Shown: positions 60,617-64,000 of the stretch, in pieces | Position numbering within the stretch: position 1 is the first letter of the stretch | How the letters are laid out: each line of letters begins with the position of its first letter | DNA from: Phaeosaccion multiseriatum | Taxonomy: Eukaryota > Protista > Ochrophyta, other classes | DNA: 64,000 nucleotides | Direction: 5' to 3' | Assembly (NCBI GenBank): GCA_965112735.1 | Contig: OZ218958.1 | Coordinates: forward strand, 1,984,001 to 2,048,000 | The notes under the pieces: generated by a model | The model's input: the letters and a program-made list of their open reading frames with translations, nothing else | Told to the model about the DNA's origin: nothing | The model's database searches: none | Made by a program: the position numbers and the translations under genes

Positions 60617-62293
60617 TCACAACAGACCACCCGCTGCCTCTGCCTGCACGCCCCTAACCATCTCGGAGATGGCGTCGAAATCCGGGTCCTCCGCCAGCTT
60701 CCGCTTCAATTGCTTCATCAACGCGCGCTTCAGACCCGGGGTTGGGGGCACCACATTACACCCAAAACGGAAGTGCCCTGTCTGACCACACCCATAGCAG
60801 CGATCCGCCGGCGCGTGCAGAGCCGGCACCACGGCCCCCACAGTCTGCGGGGTGGCACCCGATGCCGCCATGGAGGTGGTAGCGGCAGCAGAAGCCGGCA
60901 GATCCACGGCGTTGATGTCCATGCTCTCCCTCCTAGGCCTGCCACCCCCACCGCCCCCACCACCACCGCCACGACCGCCACCCCCGCACGACAACTGGCT
61001 GTGGTCCATGAGCACCTGCTCGAACTCCTGGGGGCACTTCCGCTCCAACATAGTCCCCAAGGCCGCCCAGGAGTGCTTGTGTGCCATCGCCATGTTCACC
61101 TCCTGCAGGATGGCGTTGGTGAGCGACTGCTGACTGATGCCCCTGCGCCGATGCATGGCTTGAGCCTCCAGAACCGCCATCCCCTCCTGATCCACGAGGG
61201 CGGCCAGCGCATCGCCGCCGACCTGCGCCAACAAGGCCCTGAGGCCGTTAACCTGATACACCCCCGTCACCAGCTTGAGATTGGACTCCATGCAGCCCGT
61301 CAACTCAGACGTCACCAGGCTCCGTACCACCGCGGCGCTCTGCAGCTCGACCGTGTGAAAGAACCGGAATAGCGCCCTCACGGCCGCGTGGTAGAAAGGC
61401 GGAGTGTCAGGTGCAGACCTCTCCACACTCACCGCTGTATCGAGCTTACTCCGCTCCATCACCGAGAAACCCTCAGTCATGAGACGCTGCACCTCCACCC
61501 ACTGCTCTTCCTTCACCTCCCCGTGCCGCATGTAGCCCCAGGACTCCAGCTGCTGCATCCACTTGGAGACGACCTCCAACGTGGCCCGGTGCGTCATGCC
61601 CCAGGTGAGCGTGGGCATGAGAGAGAGGTTAGCGGGCAAGCTACGAATCGTTTGCACCCCCCCCCCCAGCACAGGGCCACCGGTCGGCAAGGCTTGGAGA
61701 TGCAAACTGGCCATCTGCTGCTGCAGCCCCAACATCTGAGCCGCTAGCAACCGCTGCTGCACCCTCAACCCGTCACCGACAGCGATGCCGCCCGCTGCCT
61801 CCGCTACCGTCGGGGCTGCAGCAGTCGCAGCCCTGCCGTCTGCCACTGCGCCCACAGTACCCCCTGCCATCCCCGCTGCCGCCGAAGCCGTCCCTTCCTC
61901 CTCCTCCGCCTCCTCCTCCTCCTCCTCCTCCTCCTCCTCCTCCTCCTCCACCGCTCCAGCCGCGGCATCAGCCTCGAGGGCAGCAGCATGCAGATCGCCC
62001 GCCTGGATAACCCGGTCCACATCCCGCTCAGCCTGAGCGTCCACCTCCGCCTCGTCAGCCGCCGATAGGGCCGCCGACTGCCGAGAGAGGAACCCAGTGA
62101 GACCACCAGAGAGACGCTGGAGAAATCCTGACGTACGAGGCGTAGATGGGGGCGTGACCGTCGCTGTTGCCTCGCCTGCAGCCCGTGTTTCCTCAGCGGC
62201 AGCGCGCTGGGCGCGAGTCAGAACACCACTCGGGACCACACTGGTGGGAGAATCCGCCATGGGTGCCGCTGTGGCCGACCGAGCGCCCCTCAC
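60617..62293 (-). CDS. Gag of element 3
   Basis: Long ORF next to the 5' LTR with MDINAV and the zinc knuckle CYGCGQTGHFRFGC. Confidence 0.88.
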   Translation of the reverse strand: MRGARSATAAPMADSPTSVVPSGVLTRAQRAAAEETRAAGEATATVTPPSTPRTSGFLQRLSGGLTGFLSRQSAALSAADEAEVDAQAERDVDRVIQAGDLHAAALEADAAAGAVEEEEEEEEEEEEEAEEEEGTASAAAGMAGGTVGAVADGRAATAAAPTVAEAAGGIAVGDGLRVQQRLLAAQMLGLQQQMASLHLQALPTGGPVLGGGVQTIRSLPANLSLMPTLTWGMTHRATLEVVSKWMQQLESWGYMRHGEVKEEQWVEVQRLMTEGFSVMERSKLDTAVSVERSAPDTPPFYHAAVRALFRFFHTVELQSAAVVRSLVTSELTGCMESNLKLVTGVYQVNGLRALLAQVGGDALAALVDQEGMAVLEAQAMHRRRGISQQSLTNAILQEVNMAMAHKHSWAALGTMLERKCPQEFEQVLMDHSQLSCGGGGRGGGGGGGGGGRPRRESMDINAVDLPASAAATTSMAASGATPQTVGAVVPALHAPADRCYGCGQTGHFRFGCNVVPPTPGLKRALMKQLKRKLAEDPDFDAISEMVRGVQAEAAGGLL

Positions 62294-63217
62294 GTCACCT
62301 CCACACTGCTGTGCCGCTTCTGCTGTTCGCTCCCTGCCTGCTGCCTATCCTCTGCCCACCGCTGTGGCCGCCACTGTCTCCTGTAGGCCGTGTGCTGGTA
62401 CTGCCTACCGCCTCCGAGTCTGGTCTTAGCTGGCCTGTGTGCCTCCTGCCTTCCCGGTCCTGTCCTGTCCTGCCTCTCCTTCCTTTGTTTTTCGGATATC
62501 CTCACCAGCAATTGTGTCAAAACGGGTTGTAAAAGCGACCTAAGCCGCTTAGACAAGTGGTAACCCTTGATATATTACACGGGATGGAACCCGTTTGCAA
62601 GCCCTGCTGCTAGGCTCTCCTTATACCAAGATCACCGTTCTGACGTCCTCCTCCACTCAGAATCTACGTAATATAGGACACACCGACCATTGACTTATGG
62701 TCCTTCTCACTCTGAGGCCTTCCAACACTGCTGCCACCGTCATGAGCACCCGGGACCGAAGCAGCAGCTGCAGCCGCCGGGGTTGCGGCGGCTGCGTCGG
62801 CCGTAGCATCCTCCCTGGCGCGGCGGAGCCTAAAAGCGGCCATGGCTGATCCCGGCCTTCTCCCCCTGGCCTTCCTCTGCGCTTAGTATTCTGTCCCTCA
62901 CCATTTCCTGCACATCCTTCAAATCCCTCTTCTCCGGCGTAGTAAAAAGCCTTGACATACGGGGCGTACCCTGTGCTGGGCTCGTTATCACAGGGTACCA
63001 ACGCTCGTACCCTGTGAGGGAAAATAAAAAAAAGCACGGGGGCAGGGTACGAGGCCACCAAAAATGGTGCCTTGCGCAATGAATCCCACCGCAGGGTACC
63101 TACGCCCATATGTTTCTATATTTTTAAGCTCCTACCCCGTGTTGGGCGTGGTTTTGGGCCCGTACCCTGTGATGGGTTGGGCCGTACCCTGTGATGGGAT
63201 GGCGCCCAAGACAGTAG

Positions 63218-63426
63218 TGAGCCACCTGGGATGTGGGACAGACCACACACCCCAGACAACCAACAAGCAAGGGGTTCGTATCCTATGTTGACCGTGTATT
63301 AGCTTTCCTATAAATCTCACTTCCCTATCTATCCTCCTCCTGCGACATGCCGTTCATATAAGGCTCGAGTTCCCCAAATGGCGACAATCCGGATTCGAAC
63401 ATACCAAACACCTTTGAGACTCCACA
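63218..63426 (-). mobile_element. Isolated LTR of the element 4/5 family, no matching TSD
   Basis: Full TGAGCC...CTCCACA copy; flanks GTAG vs AAAG. Confidence 0.85.
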
Positions 63427-63449
63427 AAAGTGCCCGTGAATGCATGAAG

Positions 63450-63701
63450 TGTTGAGATAAATCGATGTCGACACTGACATCGATCTCTATATCGCCGTTA
63501 CATATCCGATCACTCCTATGCTAACATGGTGTAGCTAATAATTGTCGTGTTGGGATATCTCCCTCTCTGGAGACTAGCGTCGTACTTGCACGGGTTGTGG
63601 GAAAGCGTCTTATTAGCTACACCATGTTAGCATAGGAGTGATCGGATATGTAACGGCGATATAGAGATCGATATCAGTGTCGACATCGATTTATCTCAAC
63701 A
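63450..63701. mobile_element. Foldback MITE with 91-bp inverted arms and 70-bp spacer
   Basis: 63450-63540 and 63611-63701 are reverse complements with one mismatch; flanked by a direct repeat TGAAG (extendable to CATGAAGTG). Confidence 0.88.
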
Positions 63702-64000
63702 TGAAGTGCCACTTCGCGCTGCTTTATCGAAACAATAAGAGGAACATGTCCTTCCGCCTTCCGCGGGAGGGACGGCTGGGCGCGCCCCGCCCCCGCCCCG
63801 CCCCTGGTGGCGCACCATATGCTTTTTTCTTTTCTTTTTCTTTTCACATTTCCCGAGGTTGCAAACCCTCGGCCCCGTGCACGCCTAGCGGTTTTGCTCT
63901 AGGCCGCTAGGCCGCTCGGCCTCCGGCCGCTCTAGGCCGCTCACTTTTCAGCCCTAGGCGGCCTATTCGACCCCTGACAAGGTTCTGGGTTCCAGGTTCT

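Larger units (their letters stand above)
49062..62727 (-). mobile_element. Ty3/Gypsy chromodomain LTR retrotransposon with extra exonuclease domain (element 3)
   Basis: 200-bp LTRs 49062-49261 and 62528-62727 (one mismatch seen), TSD CTGC, gag-PR-RT-RH-Exo-IN-chromo order. Confidence 0.95.
41402..63207. mobile_element. Non-autonomous Mutator-like element (about 2.1 kb when empty) hosting nested LTR insertions
   Basis: GGG...CCC termini, imperfect TIRs built from CCCATCACAGGGTACGG units, exact 9-bp TSD AAGACAGTA (41393-41401 / 63208-63216). Confidence 0.8.

Noticed and set aside
63208-63219. CACTA terminus (TAGTG)
   Set aside because: Formed by the 9-bp MULE TSD plus the TG start of the adjacent LTR.

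Overview
Eukaryotic nuclear DNA, most likely a photosynthetic stramenopile (GT-AG introns, LHC/FCP gene with an ASAFAP-type bipartite presequence). About 1-18.9 kb is a compact block of intron-rich housekeeping genes: the BRCA2 3' part, glucosidase I (MOGS), an IWR1-like protein with inserted ankyrin repeats, a coiled-coil protein and an LHC protein. About 19.9-27.8 kb is an intronless cluster of putative ubiquitin-ligase adaptors (an F-box-like/FNIP gene and tandem ankyrin-BTB genes whose binding faces have diverged). From 27.8 kb to the end is a deeply nested transposon island around one intron-containing tRNA-Met; most element boundaries can be resolved by target-site duplications (TSDs). 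The most unusual item is a young Ty3/Gypsy chromodomain element (49062-62727). Its Pol carries an in-frame DEDDy 3'-5' exonuclease (RNase D/Mut-7-like) between RNase H and integrase, it shows covarying Tf1-like self-priming complementarity instead of a tRNA primer-binding site (PBS), and its gag-pol junction looks like UGA readthrough. Also notable: a second Gypsy clade with a YxDN reverse transcriptase (RT) motif and palindromes at the PBS position, a non-autonomous LTR family carrying different cargo in each copy, and TCG-ended DNA transposons with 6-bp TSDs. All assignments are by eye from motifs; no searches were run.
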